From: Chloroflexota bacterium
Lineage (GTDB): Bacteria > Chloroflexota > UBA6077 > JACCZL01
Reading direction: 5' to 3'
Length of the DNA: 64,000 nucleotides
Assembly: GCA_046328115.1 (NCBI GenBank)
Contig: JAXLXE010000005.1
Location: 75,597 to 139,596, forward strand
The notes below the pieces were generated by a model. That model had not been told where the DNA came from and searched no databases. It was given only the letters and a program-made list of their open reading frames with translations. Below are positions 34,531-43,201 of the stretch, piece by piece. The stretch's first letter is position 1; the number at the start of each line of letters is the position of its first letter. Position numbers and translations under genes: made by a program.

Positions 34531-35469
34531 CTACTTGCCAGTGTCGGTGGAGCGGTCGAGATCGAGCGAGGGGCCCACGGGGGTGGCACGAGTCTCAACC
34601 CGGACGACCTGCTGAAACTGCTTGATGTGACGCTCAGCGTTGCCCAGATCGATGAGCGCGGTCTGAAGCAGCTCCTTGACACGAGGCGGCACGTCCGCAC
34701 GCCCAATGACGAGCTCGAGGATGCCGATGGGCGCGGTGAGGTCATTGTTGAGCAGGTGCGCGAGCTCACGGCCGGCAAGGGCGATGCCGTCTAGCCGGCC
34801 GGACTGAGCGGAGTCACGGCGGGCAGTCTCCAGGCCGACCATGGTGGACGAGGCGAGGCTGCCGAGGAGCTCAAGGATGGCGGCGTCTTCCTCATCAAAC
34901 TGGTGATGGGGATCGTCCGACAGAACGACGAGTGCGCCGAGGAGGGTGTCATCGCGAACGAGCGGCGTGGCGACGGACGCCTGGGCGCCGGCTTCGCCGG
35001 CGGCTGTCTCCAGGCCGATGGCACCCTGATAGTCGTTGATGATGACGGTGGACCTGGCCAGGCCAGCGCGGCCGGCGGCCCCGGTGCCCAGCGGCAGCCG
35101 CTTGCCGGTGGGCCAGCCGGGGCGCGTGCTGAGCACACTGACCATGACATTGCCCCCGGCGTCCCAGCGGAACACCTGGCCCCAGTTGGCGTTGACAAGC
35201 GCGACGGCCTCCCGAAGAAGCTCATCCACGACGCCATCGATGTTGGGCTCCGCGGCGACGCGGGCCGCGGCGCGGACCACCGCGTCACGACGGGCGATGG
35301 CGTCGCGGGCTACCTCAGCCACAGGGTCCTCACCGAGGGCCGCAGATGTCCACGCTCCAAGGGTCTTGATCCCGTCATCTTGCCGCTTTGCCCACCGTGC
35401 AAGTTCCTGAGGATCCACCAATCGCCCCCCGATCTGGCGGCAGGGTGAGCCGAGGGCTGCTCCTGCCAC
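34531..35469 (-). CDS. GAF-domain protein with C-terminal histidine-kinase DHp-like (H-box) segment but no ATPase domain
   Basis: GAF core (GTGAAGRAGL...VATPLVRDDTLLGALVVLSDD) followed by RELAHLLNNDLTAPIGILEL (H-box-like). The ORF ends about 60 aa later without N/G1/G2 boxes. GTG start. Confidence 0.7.
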   Translation of the reverse strand: MAGAALGSPCRQIGGRLVDPQELARWAKRQDDGIKTLGAWTSAALGEDPVAEVARDAIARRDAVVRAAARVAAEPNIDGVVDELLREAVALVNANWGQVFRWDAGGNVMVSVLSTRPGWPTGKRLPLGTGAAGRAGLARSTVIINDYQGAIGLETAAGEAGAQASVATPLVRDDTLLGALVVLSDDPHHQFDEEDAAILELLGSLASSTMVGLETARRDSAQSGRLDGIALAGRELAHLLNNDLTAPIGILELVIGRADVPPRVKELLQTALIDLGNAERHIKQFQQVVRVETRATPVGPSLDLDRSTDTGK

Positions 35470-35701
35470 GCATTAACGGGAACGGAAGGAACGGGCTGGG
35501 TGTTCCGCGATGGGCGTTAGATCTGCGTGAGGAATCTGGGCGCGCAGCATTCAAACCAGTTTTCCGCGGTAGTGGCCGATGCTGCGGGCGGCGGCGAGAA
35601 GCGTATCTGAAACGTTCTGTCGCATTCAACCGCCGGCCGTGGCCGTGGGCGTGCCGTATGCTTCTGGCGCTCCGCGGCGCGCGGAGCGCGAAGGAGGACA
35701 C

Positions 35702-36670
35702 GTGCCCAAGGTTACGTTTGGCTACATGGCCTTGCCCCGTGGTGAGGGGGACCCGTCCACGCAGCCGTTCCCGAGCCACAACTTGATGCTGAGCGACGCG
35801 GTGCGCGCGGAGCAGCTCGGCTATGACGCGGTGTGGATGCCGGATCATTACTACTTTGAGCGGCCGTCTGGGATTGAGACGTTTCCCGAGGCCTGGACGC
35901 TGCTGACGGCGATCGCGATGCGGACGGAGCGGCTGCGCCTGGGCACGATGGTGATCGCGGCGGGGTTCAGGCATCCAGCGCTGATGGCGAAGATGGCCGG
36001 CGCGCTGCAGGAGCTCTCAGGGGGCCGCGTGGTGCTGGGCATCGGCGCGGGGAACCAGATCCACGAGCACACGGCATTTGGCATTGAGTTCGAGCGGCGC
36101 ATCGGCAAGTTCAAGGAGTACATGGCCATCATGTGCGCGCTCCTGAACGGCGAGACGGTGACGCTGGATGGCCGCTACTACACGCTAAAGGGGGCGAGCC
36201 TGCGGACGGTGGTGCCCCGGGTACCGGTGCTGGTGGCGGCCGGCGGCGCGCAGATGATGGACCTGACGGCGAAGTACGCGAGCGCCTGGAACCCCGCTGG
36301 CGGGGTGGGCTGGGACCCGGCGGCGTTCAGCGAGAAGCTGGGTCTGCTGCGCTCCGCGTGCGCGGCCGTTGGGCGCGACGCGAGCGAGATTGAGGTGTCA
36401 CACCTCTCCTTCATGGGCGTGGCGGCGGACGCGGCCGAGGCGCGCGAAATTACTGACTATCTGGCGGCGCAGGCGAAGACGACGCCGGAGGCACTGCTCA
36501 AGCGGACACTGGTGGGCACGCCAGACCAGATTGCGACAGCGATGCGCGGACACGCGGCGCTCGGCGTGACGCACTTCATCTGCGCGATTAGCGGCACGCC
36601 GAACCCGGACCGGTACATGGACCGGGTGGAGCTTCTGGCGCGCGAGGTGCTGCCCAAGGTGCGCGGCTGA
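35702..36670 (+). CDS. LLM-class (luciferase-like) flavin/F420-dependent oxidoreductase
   Basis: GTG start preceded by AAGGAGGA. VPKVTFGYMALP...AEQLGYDAVWMPDHY...LGIGAG. Confidence 0.85.
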   Translation: MPKVTFGYMALPRGEGDPSTQPFPSHNLMLSDAVRAEQLGYDAVWMPDHYYFERPSGIETFPEAWTLLTAIAMRTERLRLGTMVIAAGFRHPALMAKMAGALQELSGGRVVLGIGAGNQIHEHTAFGIEFERRIGKFKEYMAIMCALLNGETVTLDGRYYTLKGASLRTVVPRVPVLVAAGGAQMMDLTAKYASAWNPAGGVGWDPAAFSEKLGLLRSACAAVGRDASEIEVSHLSFMGVAADAAEAREITDYLAAQAKTTPEALLKRTLVGTPDQIATAMRGHAALGVTHFICAISGTPNPDRYMDRVELLAREVLPKVRG

Positions 36671-36699
36671 GCCGCGGCTGCAATCTGACTAGCTGACCC

Positions 36700-36729
36700 G
36701 GTGGGTGGGGCTAGCCGCCCCACCCGACC
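36700..36729. terminator. GC-rich hairpin between convergent genes
   Basis: GGTGGGTGGGGC-tagcc-GCCCCACCCGACC (one bulge), located between the stops at 36670 and 36737. Confidence 0.35.
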
Positions 36730-36736
36730 GGAGCGG

Positions 36737-37708
36737 CTAGGCGACGTGGGCGCCGCGGGTGTTGACGTACACGGCGTACACGGACTGGCTGGCGGTTATG
36801 AACAGCCGGTTGCGCTTGGCACCGCCGAAGCAGAGGTTGGCGGTGGACTCCGGTAGACAGACCTGCCCGATGCGGTCACCCTCTGGCGAGTAGACGTGCA
36901 CGCCGTCGTACCCCTGTCCGGCGCCGGAGCCGGACGCCCAGATGTTGCCGTCTATGTCCGCCCGGATGCCGTCTGGACCAACCTGCTTGCCATTGAGCTT
37001 CATGTCCACGAAGACGCGACCGTTAGTGAGCTTACGGCCGTCCACCAGGTCAAAGACCTTGATGTCTTTGGGTGTGCCTGAGTCCACGATATAGACGCGC
37101 TTGTAGTCGTGCGAGAAGCAGATGCCATTCGGGCGGTCTAGCTCGTCGCAGACGACCTCAACGGAGCCGCTGTCTGGATCCGCGCGGTAGACGCGATTGG
37201 GGAGGTAGAGCTCGCCATAGTGTCCCTCGTAGCCACCGACGGCCTGCGTGCCATAGGGCGGATCGGTGAACCAGACGCTACCGTCCGGATGGACGACGAG
37301 GTCGTTCGGTGAGTTGAGGCGCTTGCCCTCGTAGCTGTCCGCGATGACGGTGACCGCGCCAGTGTGGTCGTAGCGGACGACGCGGCGGTTGCCGTGCTCG
37401 CAGGAGACCTGCCGCCCCTGCCAGTCAAAGGTGTTGCCATTGCTGTTGTTGGACGGGCGGCGGAACTCGCTGACCTGGCCATTTTCATCCAGCCAGCGCA
37501 TCTGCCGGTCGTTTGGGATGTCGCTCCACACGAGATAGCGGCCGCCGCCGCACCAGGCTGGGCCCTCCGCCCAGAGGGCGCCCGTCCAGATGCGCTTGAT
37601 GGGTGTGTTGCCTACGCGCAGTCTGGCGAAGCGAGGGTCCAGGGTGACGATGTCTGGGTCTGGGTAGCGCTGTGGCGGGGCGTCTGGGCCGAAGTCTCGA
37701 ACGGTCAT
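36737..37708 (-). CDS. SMP-30/gluconolactonase/LRE family protein
   Basis: ATG 37708 is preceded by GGAGG. Contains LWAEGPAW, NDLVVHPDGSVWFTDP and PNGICFS. Confidence 0.85.
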   Translation of the reverse strand: MTVRDFGPDAPPQRYPDPDIVTLDPRFARLRVGNTPIKRIWTGALWAEGPAWCGGGRYLVWSDIPNDRQMRWLDENGQVSEFRRPSNNSNGNTFDWQGRQVSCEHGNRRVVRYDHTGAVTVIADSYEGKRLNSPNDLVVHPDGSVWFTDPPYGTQAVGGYEGHYGELYLPNRVYRADPDSGSVEVVCDELDRPNGICFSHDYKRVYIVDSGTPKDIKVFDLVDGRKLTNGRVFVDMKLNGKQVGPDGIRADIDGNIWASGSGAGQGYDGVHVYSPEGDRIGQVCLPESTANLCFGGAKRNRLFITASQSVYAVYVNTRGAHVA

Positions 37709-37968
37709 GCGGACTATGCCTCCGTGAGCTGCCGCGCGCCTCGGGACGGCGCGGCGAGCGGACGTAGAACATAGCAGCGGAGGCGGGTAAATTCCTACCG
37801 TGACGGCCAAAACCCCGCCCACCCGCTCATCCTATGACAGACATTTCATCCAATTGGTGCCCGGCTACGTATCTGGTGTAGGGGCCATCTTCCCGTCACG
37901 CGGGTTCCCAGGGGCACCGCGGCCCATGCGGGGGAACGCCCCACCCTTCCAGGATCGAGAGGTGCAGT

Positions 37969-38376
37969 GTGGGATTTCTCGCGGGAGTTAACCCGGCGAT
38001 CGGCGTGATGGTGCTGCGCGTCATCATGGGTATCGTGCTGGTGGTGGCCGGCTACATGAAGTGGGCCAACGGCATCGGGGGCTTTGCCAACGCGATGGCG
38101 GGCTGGGGTTTCCCGATACCGGAGGTGCTGGCGCCTTTCGTGGCGACGATGGAGCTGGTGGGCGGCGCGGCGGTGTTTCTGGGGCTGTTCACGCGCTGGT
38201 TGGGACTGTACTTCATCCCCCATTACCTGGTGGCGCTGGTGTGGGTGAAGTGGGGCCGGATCGGTAGCTGGAACGCGGGGCAGGTGGACATGATGCTGGT
38301 TGGCGGTGCAGTGGCGCTGGCGCTGTACGGCGCGGGTGTGTGTGCGGTGGACCGGATGATGCGGCGGGGGGCGTAG
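37969..38376 (+). CDS. DoxX-family membrane protein
   Basis: 135 aa with 4 hydrophobic helices. LRVIMGIVLVVAGYMKW is a typical DoxX N-terminus. Confidence 0.7.
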   Translation: MGFLAGVNPAIGVMVLRVIMGIVLVVAGYMKWANGIGGFANAMAGWGFPIPEVLAPFVATMELVGGAAVFLGLFTRWLGLYFIPHYLVALVWVKWGRIGSWNAGQVDMMLVGGAVALALYGAGVCAVDRMMRRGA

Positions 38377-38411
38377 CCCGCGCGCGATCGGCCGGGCAGG
38401 AATGCGCCCCG

Positions 38412-38816
38412 TCAGCGGATCGGGAGGGCGCGGCGGTCGTTGAGACGTGAGGCGATGCCTCGGGCGGCCAGGCGGATGGCGCGGCGGGCGGAGTAATCGC
38501 CGCCGAAGAAGCTGACGCGCTCCCCGATCTGCTCCAGGCTGAGGCCGGCGCGGTACCAGTACAGCATCTTGGGCATGCGCTCGGTCTGGAGGAGACCGAG
38601 CTTCCAGACGCCGCCACGGTCCAGGCGGTCCATCCATTCGCTCGGACGCGATGCGCAGGCCCACACCCGGCGGGCCTGCTCTAGCTCCGTGGGGGCGGGG
38701 TCGCCGGGGCCCAGGTAGCGCAGCACCTGGTCGGCGGAGAGGCGCGGCGGACCGCCTCGACGCCAGGCCGGCAGCCGAGCGCGGCACGCGTGTGCAAGGG
38801 CGGCAAACTCCAGCAC
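38412..38816 (-). CDS. hypothetical protein with sigma70-region-4-like HTH
   Basis: 134-aa ORF. LYWYRAGLSLEQIGERV resembles a region-4/LuxR-type HTH. The assignment is weak. Confidence 0.4.
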   Translation of the reverse strand: MLEFAALAHACRARLPAWRRGGPPRLSADQVLRYLGPGDPAPTELEQARRVWACASRPSEWMDRLDRGGVWKLGLLQTERMPKMLYWYRAGLSLEQIGERVSFFGGDYSARRAIRLAARGIASRLNDRRALPIR

Positions 38817-38895
38817 GGCGGCTCCCCCATCCCTACGCGGTCTCTATGATCTCAGGGTGGCCGGACCACGTCAAGAAGGCTCCAGACGCGGGCTC

Positions 38896-39840
38896 CTATC
38901 CCAGCTCCGGGCACAGCCCCGCCGAGTCCACCGCCTGCTGGACGCGCAGGAACATGCGGTCCGCCTCCGGCCGCAGCACCGCGGCGCGAGTGTTGATGGG
39001 TCCCCAGTGGGTGCGGATGTGGCGGAGGCCAATCGCGGCAAACTCGGCCGCGAACGCGGGGCACTCTTTCGACAGCCGCTGAAACTCGCGGCCGTCGCCA
39101 GACCCAAAATTCTGCAGATCCTCGTCGGTAGCGGTGACACCTGCTGCGAACACGTCGTGGAAGCCGGCCGGACGCTGCTGGTAGCGGCTGAGCAGGTCCG
39201 GCAGGAGCGGGCTGGCGGTGTGGGCGTTCCAACTTGTCTGAAAGAGCCCTGCCTCGGCGGTATCGCTCGTCACGTTCTCCGCTGAGCGGTCCCTGCCCTC
39301 GCACCAGCGCCCAGAGCTCTCCCGCATGCCCAGCCCAAGCAGCAGCACGAACAGGTGCCGCAGGGTCACCACGCCAGATGACTCGTTGTCCATCCCAAGC
39401 TCCGCGAACTCGTTCGCGTAGTGCGCCAGTGCGTCGCGCGCGCCGTCGCCGGTGTTGGCCCGCGCCATCTCCCGCGCAAACTCATCCCCGTCCTGGAGCC
39501 GACAGTGGGACCGGGCAAAAACCAGCGCCATGCCCCTGGTGTAGCCGCGAGGCGCAGCGCCCCGTCCGGGCCAGTTGAAGGTGGCGATGGCCGAACTGTC
39601 CGCGATCTCCAGGATGGCATCCAGCGGCCCCGCCGCGACACCCGGGTCAACCGGGGCCAGGAACTTCCGCGAAGACCACCCGATCAACCCAGCCTTCTGG
39701 ACGCGGAGCCACTTCTGATCCGCCGAGGTGTCCAGGTGCTCCACCACGTCGCCCTCGAACAGGGTTCCGATGATCTCGCCGTCTAGCGACGGCTCCGCGC
39801 GGACGTTAAGCGCAGAGGCGGTCACCTTCACCTGTGCCAT
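38896..39840 (-). CDS. SH3b-domain protein with lysozyme/transglycosylase-like C-terminal domain
   Basis: ATG 39840 is preceded by GGGAGGGGG. The N-terminus VTASALNVRAEPSLDGEIIGTLFEGDVV...GWSSRKFL is SH3b. The C-terminal part has GMRESSG...EAGLFQTSW (Glu...GLxQ-like). No signal peptide. Confidence 0.55.
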   Translation of the reverse strand: MAQVKVTASALNVRAEPSLDGEIIGTLFEGDVVEHLDTSADQKWLRVQKAGLIGWSSRKFLAPVDPGVAAGPLDAILEIADSSAIATFNWPGRGAAPRGYTRGMALVFARSHCRLQDGDEFAREMARANTGDGARDALAHYANEFAELGMDNESSGVVTLRHLFVLLLGLGMRESSGRWCEGRDRSAENVTSDTAEAGLFQTSWNAHTASPLLPDLLSRYQQRPAGFHDVFAAGVTATDEDLQNFGSGDGREFQRLSKECPAFAAEFAAIGLRHIRTHWGPINTRAAVLRPEADRMFLRVQQAVDSAGLCPELG

Positions 39841-39905
39841 GAGTCCCCCTCCCTGGCGCGCGTGCCCGCCCACTGCGGCGCTCGGCACCCACGCCCGGAA
39901 GAAGT

Positions 39906-40823
39906 CTAGCGCGCGAGCACCCGAGCGAGCGCCGCGGCGGCCGCGTGGGCGAGCGGGCGGCGGGACTCCACGGCGAGCCGCGCAAAGGTCCAGAGGCGGA
40001 CGCGCTCGGCGGGGACTTCGAGCAGATCAGCGATTCGGGCAACGGTGTCGCCGGGCTCGCGGAGCAGCCGCTCACGGCAGTTGAGCAGGTGCTGGGTGGC
40101 GTCGTAGGCGCGGTCGCCCACGAAGGGCTTTGGGTCGATGGCGAGCCACTCGGCGCGCTGGGCCCGCAGAACGTTGCCGGCGTGGAGATCTGTCGCGAGC
40201 AACACGTCGTCTGCGTGGGCCGGCGACAGTTGGGCGTAGAGCCGCAGGCCATCCTGGACGAGTGCTGGGTCTACCCACGTGGCGCGGTCGCGTTCTGCCT
40301 CCGCTGCCCAATACGCGAGCATGGCGGAGAGGGGGCGGAAGGGCCAGTGGCTGCCGACGGGCCGCCAGAGTCGGCGGAGGAGCTGGGCGATGACCGCGTC
40401 CTGTTCTGGCTCGGGGAGCGAACGGAGTGGGAGGCCGGGTTCACATCGCTCGAGCAGCATGGCTCCATGGGAGGGGTCTGACGCGAGGAGGTACACGGTG
40501 GGGTCGCCGTCCCAGAACGCGAGGCCCTCCGCCTCGTGGTCTGCTTCCAGGTGTGGCATGCCAAGCTTGAGGACGGCGGACGTCCCATCAGCGCGGGTGA
40601 CGGGTGCCGCCCAGGCAGCGGTGGCCTCTGGGAAGGGAGGCTGGAGCGTGAGCGCCCATTGGCGCGCCAGGAGTTGAACGGTGGGCTCGAGGCGGCGGAG
40701 CCAGGCGGCTCGGCCTGGCTCCAGTTGGCAGTTCGACTGTAGCTCAGGTGGGATCAGGAGGGGCAAGACGCGCGCCTGGACGCTGCTAGCCGGCGGCGTG
40801 GGGGACGAACATCTGATCCTCAA
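39906..40823 (-). CDS. aminoglycoside/hydroxyurea antibiotic resistance kinase family (APH(6)-like) protein
   Basis: LLATDLHAGNVLRAQRAEWLAIDPKPFVGDRAYD is typical of the APH(6)/StrA-like family. The true start may be TTG 40766, just after the upstream stop. Confidence 0.75.
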   Translation of the reverse strand: MRIRCSSPTPPASSVQARVLPLLIPPELQSNCQLEPGRAAWLRRLEPTVQLLARQWALTLQPPFPEATAAWAAPVTRADGTSAVLKLGMPHLEADHEAEGLAFWDGDPTVYLLASDPSHGAMLLERCEPGLPLRSLPEPEQDAVIAQLLRRLWRPVGSHWPFRPLSAMLAYWAAEAERDRATWVDPALVQDGLRLYAQLSPAHADDVLLATDLHAGNVLRAQRAEWLAIDPKPFVGDRAYDATQHLLNCRERLLREPGDTVARIADLLEVPAERVRLWTFARLAVESRRPLAHAAAAALARVLAR

Positions 40824-41409
40824 TCAGGCGCCCGGCGCTGTCCAGCACCAGCTTGAACACGCAAGCCGTGGGGATGTACCCCGTCGGGAAGAGATGCCGC
40901 GGCTCCAGGGGGGTGCCCCGGAGGTGGCCCACGAGGATGAGGATGGGGTCACCGTGGGAGACGGCGGCGACGTGCTGGCCGGGGTGGCGGGCCAGGACAC
41001 GGCGGACCCACGCGGAAGTGCGGTCGCGGATGGAGTGGAGCGAATCGTCGCCCGGCGAATGGGGGCGGGCGTACCAGTCCACGCCGACCATCTCGCGCGA
41101 CGGGCGGCCCTGCCAGCCGGTCTTGACCTCCAGGAGGCCGCTGTCCTGGCGGATGGGGAGGCCGTTGCGGCCGGCCACGATGTGGCCGGCGGTACGGCGG
41201 GCGCGGAGCAGTGGGCTCGAGTAGACGGCCGCCAGGGGGTGGCCGGCCAGGAAGGTGGAGAGTGCCTGGGCCTGGCGCACGCCGTTTACGCTGAGGTCGA
41301 ACCGGGGGAGTCGACCGTACAGGACGTCGTTAGGGTTGTGGACTTCGCCGTGGCGGGCGAGCCAGATCGTCGTGTGGTCAGAGGTGTGGCGGGACGTGGG
41401 CTGAGACAT
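40786..41409 (-). CDS. histidine phosphatase (phosphoglycerate mutase) family protein
   Basis: TIWLARHGEVHNP is the RHG motif; the protein also has a downstream H in SHGDP. Confidence 0.85.
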   Translation of the reverse strand: MSQPTSRHTSDHTTIWLARHGEVHNPNDVLYGRLPRFDLSVNGVRQAQALSTFLAGHPLAAVYSSPLLRARRTAGHIVAGRNGLPIRQDSGLLEVKTGWQGRPSREMVGVDWYARPHSPGDDSLHSIRDRTSAWVRRVLARHPGQHVAAVSHGDPILILVGHLRGTPLEPRHLFPTGYIPTACVFKLVLDSAGRLIEDQMFVPHAAG

Positions 41410-41412
41410 GCG

Positions 41413-42168
41413 CTAGCGTGCTCCACCGGGTCCGAAAAGGGAGCCAAGTAAGCCACCCAGGTCGATCTGGCCAGGGGCGGCTGGCTGAGGAGCGGGGGCG
41501 GCCGGCTGGCTGGAGCCGAGCCCCTGCTGGAGGGCGCTCTGGAGCAGGCCTCCAAACATGCCCTCCAGCACGGAGGCGGCGCTGGCCGCGCCAGGATCCA
41601 CCCGTCCCGTGGTGTCCATGCCCTGGGCGCTGCCGTAGCCCGCGGCGGAGCCCGCGGTGCTGTTGGCGCCGCGACGAAGGTTGAGCAGGGCGGTGAGGAT
41701 GGCCTGGAGGTCGCTGGCGCCGCCCTGCTTGGCCTGGATGTAGGCGAGTGCGCCGGGCACGATGACGTCCATCATGGAGCCCTGACCGGCGTCCGTCCCA
41801 CTGGCCTGCCGCGTACCCTGGAGGAGGCCCTGGAGAAGCGGAAGCAACATCTCCATGGAGAATCCCTGCTGCCCCTGAAGCTGCTGGGAGGCCTCCATGA
41901 GCCCCTGAGCATAGATCGGCGCGGTGGCACCCTGGCCCTGCTTGTTGAGGGCCTGAGCGGCCTGGCGGAGGGCAGCGCCGACATCCGCGTTGGGGCCGCG
42001 ACGCTGGACGGTCTGGGAGAGGGTGCGGGTGATCAGGTCGAAGTTGGCGGCCATGTTGTCGCCGTGGTCGCCGTCGCCGCCGTCTAGCTGATTGAGGTGC
42101 TCGCGGTCTTGCTGCAAGTTCTGGCTGATGGACTCGAACAGGGCCACCAGGGTCTCGGCGGATGCCAT
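41413..42168 (-). CDS. DAK2-domain protein with Gln/Gly/Ala-rich tail
   Basis: LNQLDGGDGDHGDNMAANF matches the DhaL/DAK2 nucleotide-binding motif. The C-terminal part is low-complexity. Confidence 0.65.
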   Translation of the reverse strand: MASAETLVALFESISQNLQQDREHLNQLDGGDGDHGDNMAANFDLITRTLSQTVQRRGPNADVGAALRQAAQALNKQGQGATAPIYAQGLMEASQQLQGQQGFSMEMLLPLLQGLLQGTRQASGTDAGQGSMMDVIVPGALAYIQAKQGGASDLQAILTALLNLRRGANSTAGSAAGYGSAQGMDTTGRVDPGAASAASVLEGMFGGLLQSALQQGLGSSQPAAPAPQPAAPGQIDLGGLLGSLFGPGGAR

Positions 42169-42413
42169 GGGTCACCTCTTGTCGTTGCTCGTGAAACGTA
42201 ACGGTGAACGGTGAATTCCCCCGCCCGGATGATAGCCCCGGGGGTGGAGCGGCTGGCGGGCTGGTGACAGCCGCCACGGGGAGTGGCGGACGGTTGCCCT
42301 GGCGAGAGGGGCCTGAGCGGGGCGTAGAATGGGTTGCGAGGCCGCGCCCGCCGGCCCGTAGTGGTCTGCGTACCGCGACGGTGGGGGCCCGGGAAGGGTG
42401 GCCTGGCGAGGAG

Positions 42414-43103
42414 ATGCGTATGAAGATCTTGCGCGTGGTGGTGCTGGCCGCGGTGGCGGCGATGCTGGTGCTCCAGCCGCTGCGCGGACTGGTCACCGGT
42501 GCGCCGGAGGCGCACGCGCTTGGCATCGCGGATGGGCTGAGCTCGCGTGCCGTTGGCGCCAAGGACCAGAACCACAATCACAATGGCAACAACAATCGGA
42601 ACGAGAACGACGAAAACGACAACGAAGACGAGGACGAGCCACCCCCTCCACCGCAGGTCCGCGCACCTGCACCACCCCCACCCCCGCCAAAGCCGGTGTG
42701 CTCGCGACCGGGCGATACCACGGTGCTGAGCTCTGACGACGAGCGGATCGCCGTACGGGTGTTCAACAGCATGCCGCGGAGCGTGAAGTTCCGCTTCATC
42801 CGACCGGTGGATCCGAGCAGCGTGCCGGCGACGCCGGGCCGCAAGGTGGACGATCTGCTGTTCCAGCTTGTGGCCGAGGAGTGCGACGGCGGCGGGATCG
42901 GGACGCTGCCGGCGGAGGTGAACCTGGGCGTCCGCTACACGGACGGCGAGGTGTCCGGCATGGACGAGTCCAAGATCACGATCTCACGGCTTGGCGCTGA
43001 CAACAAGTGGCAGGCTGAGCCCAAGCAGGCACCGGATCCTGGAGCGAACTACGTGTCCGCGACGATCACCAACCTGGGCTACTTCGTGGTGCACGAACGG
43101 TAG
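42414..43103 (+). CDS. secreted hypothetical protein: signal peptide, Asn/Asp/Glu-rich tract, poly-Pro linker, globular C-terminal domain
   Basis: MRMKILRVVVLAAVAAMLVLQPL..., DQNHNHNGNNNRNENDENDNEDEDE, PPPPPQVRAPAPPPPPPKP. The track ORF from 42204 is over-extended. Confidence 0.6.
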   Translation: MRMKILRVVVLAAVAAMLVLQPLRGLVTGAPEAHALGIADGLSSRAVGAKDQNHNHNGNNNRNENDENDNEDEDEPPPPPQVRAPAPPPPPPKPVCSRPGDTTVLSSDDERIAVRVFNSMPRSVKFRFIRPVDPSSVPATPGRKVDDLLFQLVAEECDGGGIGTLPAEVNLGVRYTDGEVSGMDESKITISRLGADNKWQAEPKQAPDPGANYVSATITNLGYFVVHER

Positions 43104-43118
43104 CTGAGGGTTTGAGCA

Positions 43119-43153
43119 ACGGGCCCGACCGATCTATCGGTCGGGCCCGTTTG
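43119..43153. terminator. bidirectional intrinsic-terminator-like hairpin between convergent genes
   Basis: ACGGGCCCGACCGAT-ct-ATCGGTCGGGCCCGT followed by TTTG, between the stops at 43103 and 43202. Confidence 0.6.
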
Positions 43154-43201
43154 CGTCTAGGTGTCTATCTGAAAGCGGCTACGCGGTGATCGTGCCCCGG
43201 C

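Noticed and set aside
41378-42577. 399-aa minus-strand ORF spanning the DAK2 gene and the divergent intergenic region
   Set aside because: It is an Arg/Pro-rich off-frame artefact. It overlaps a DAK2-motif ORF and a plus-strand signal-peptide ORF that are both better supported.
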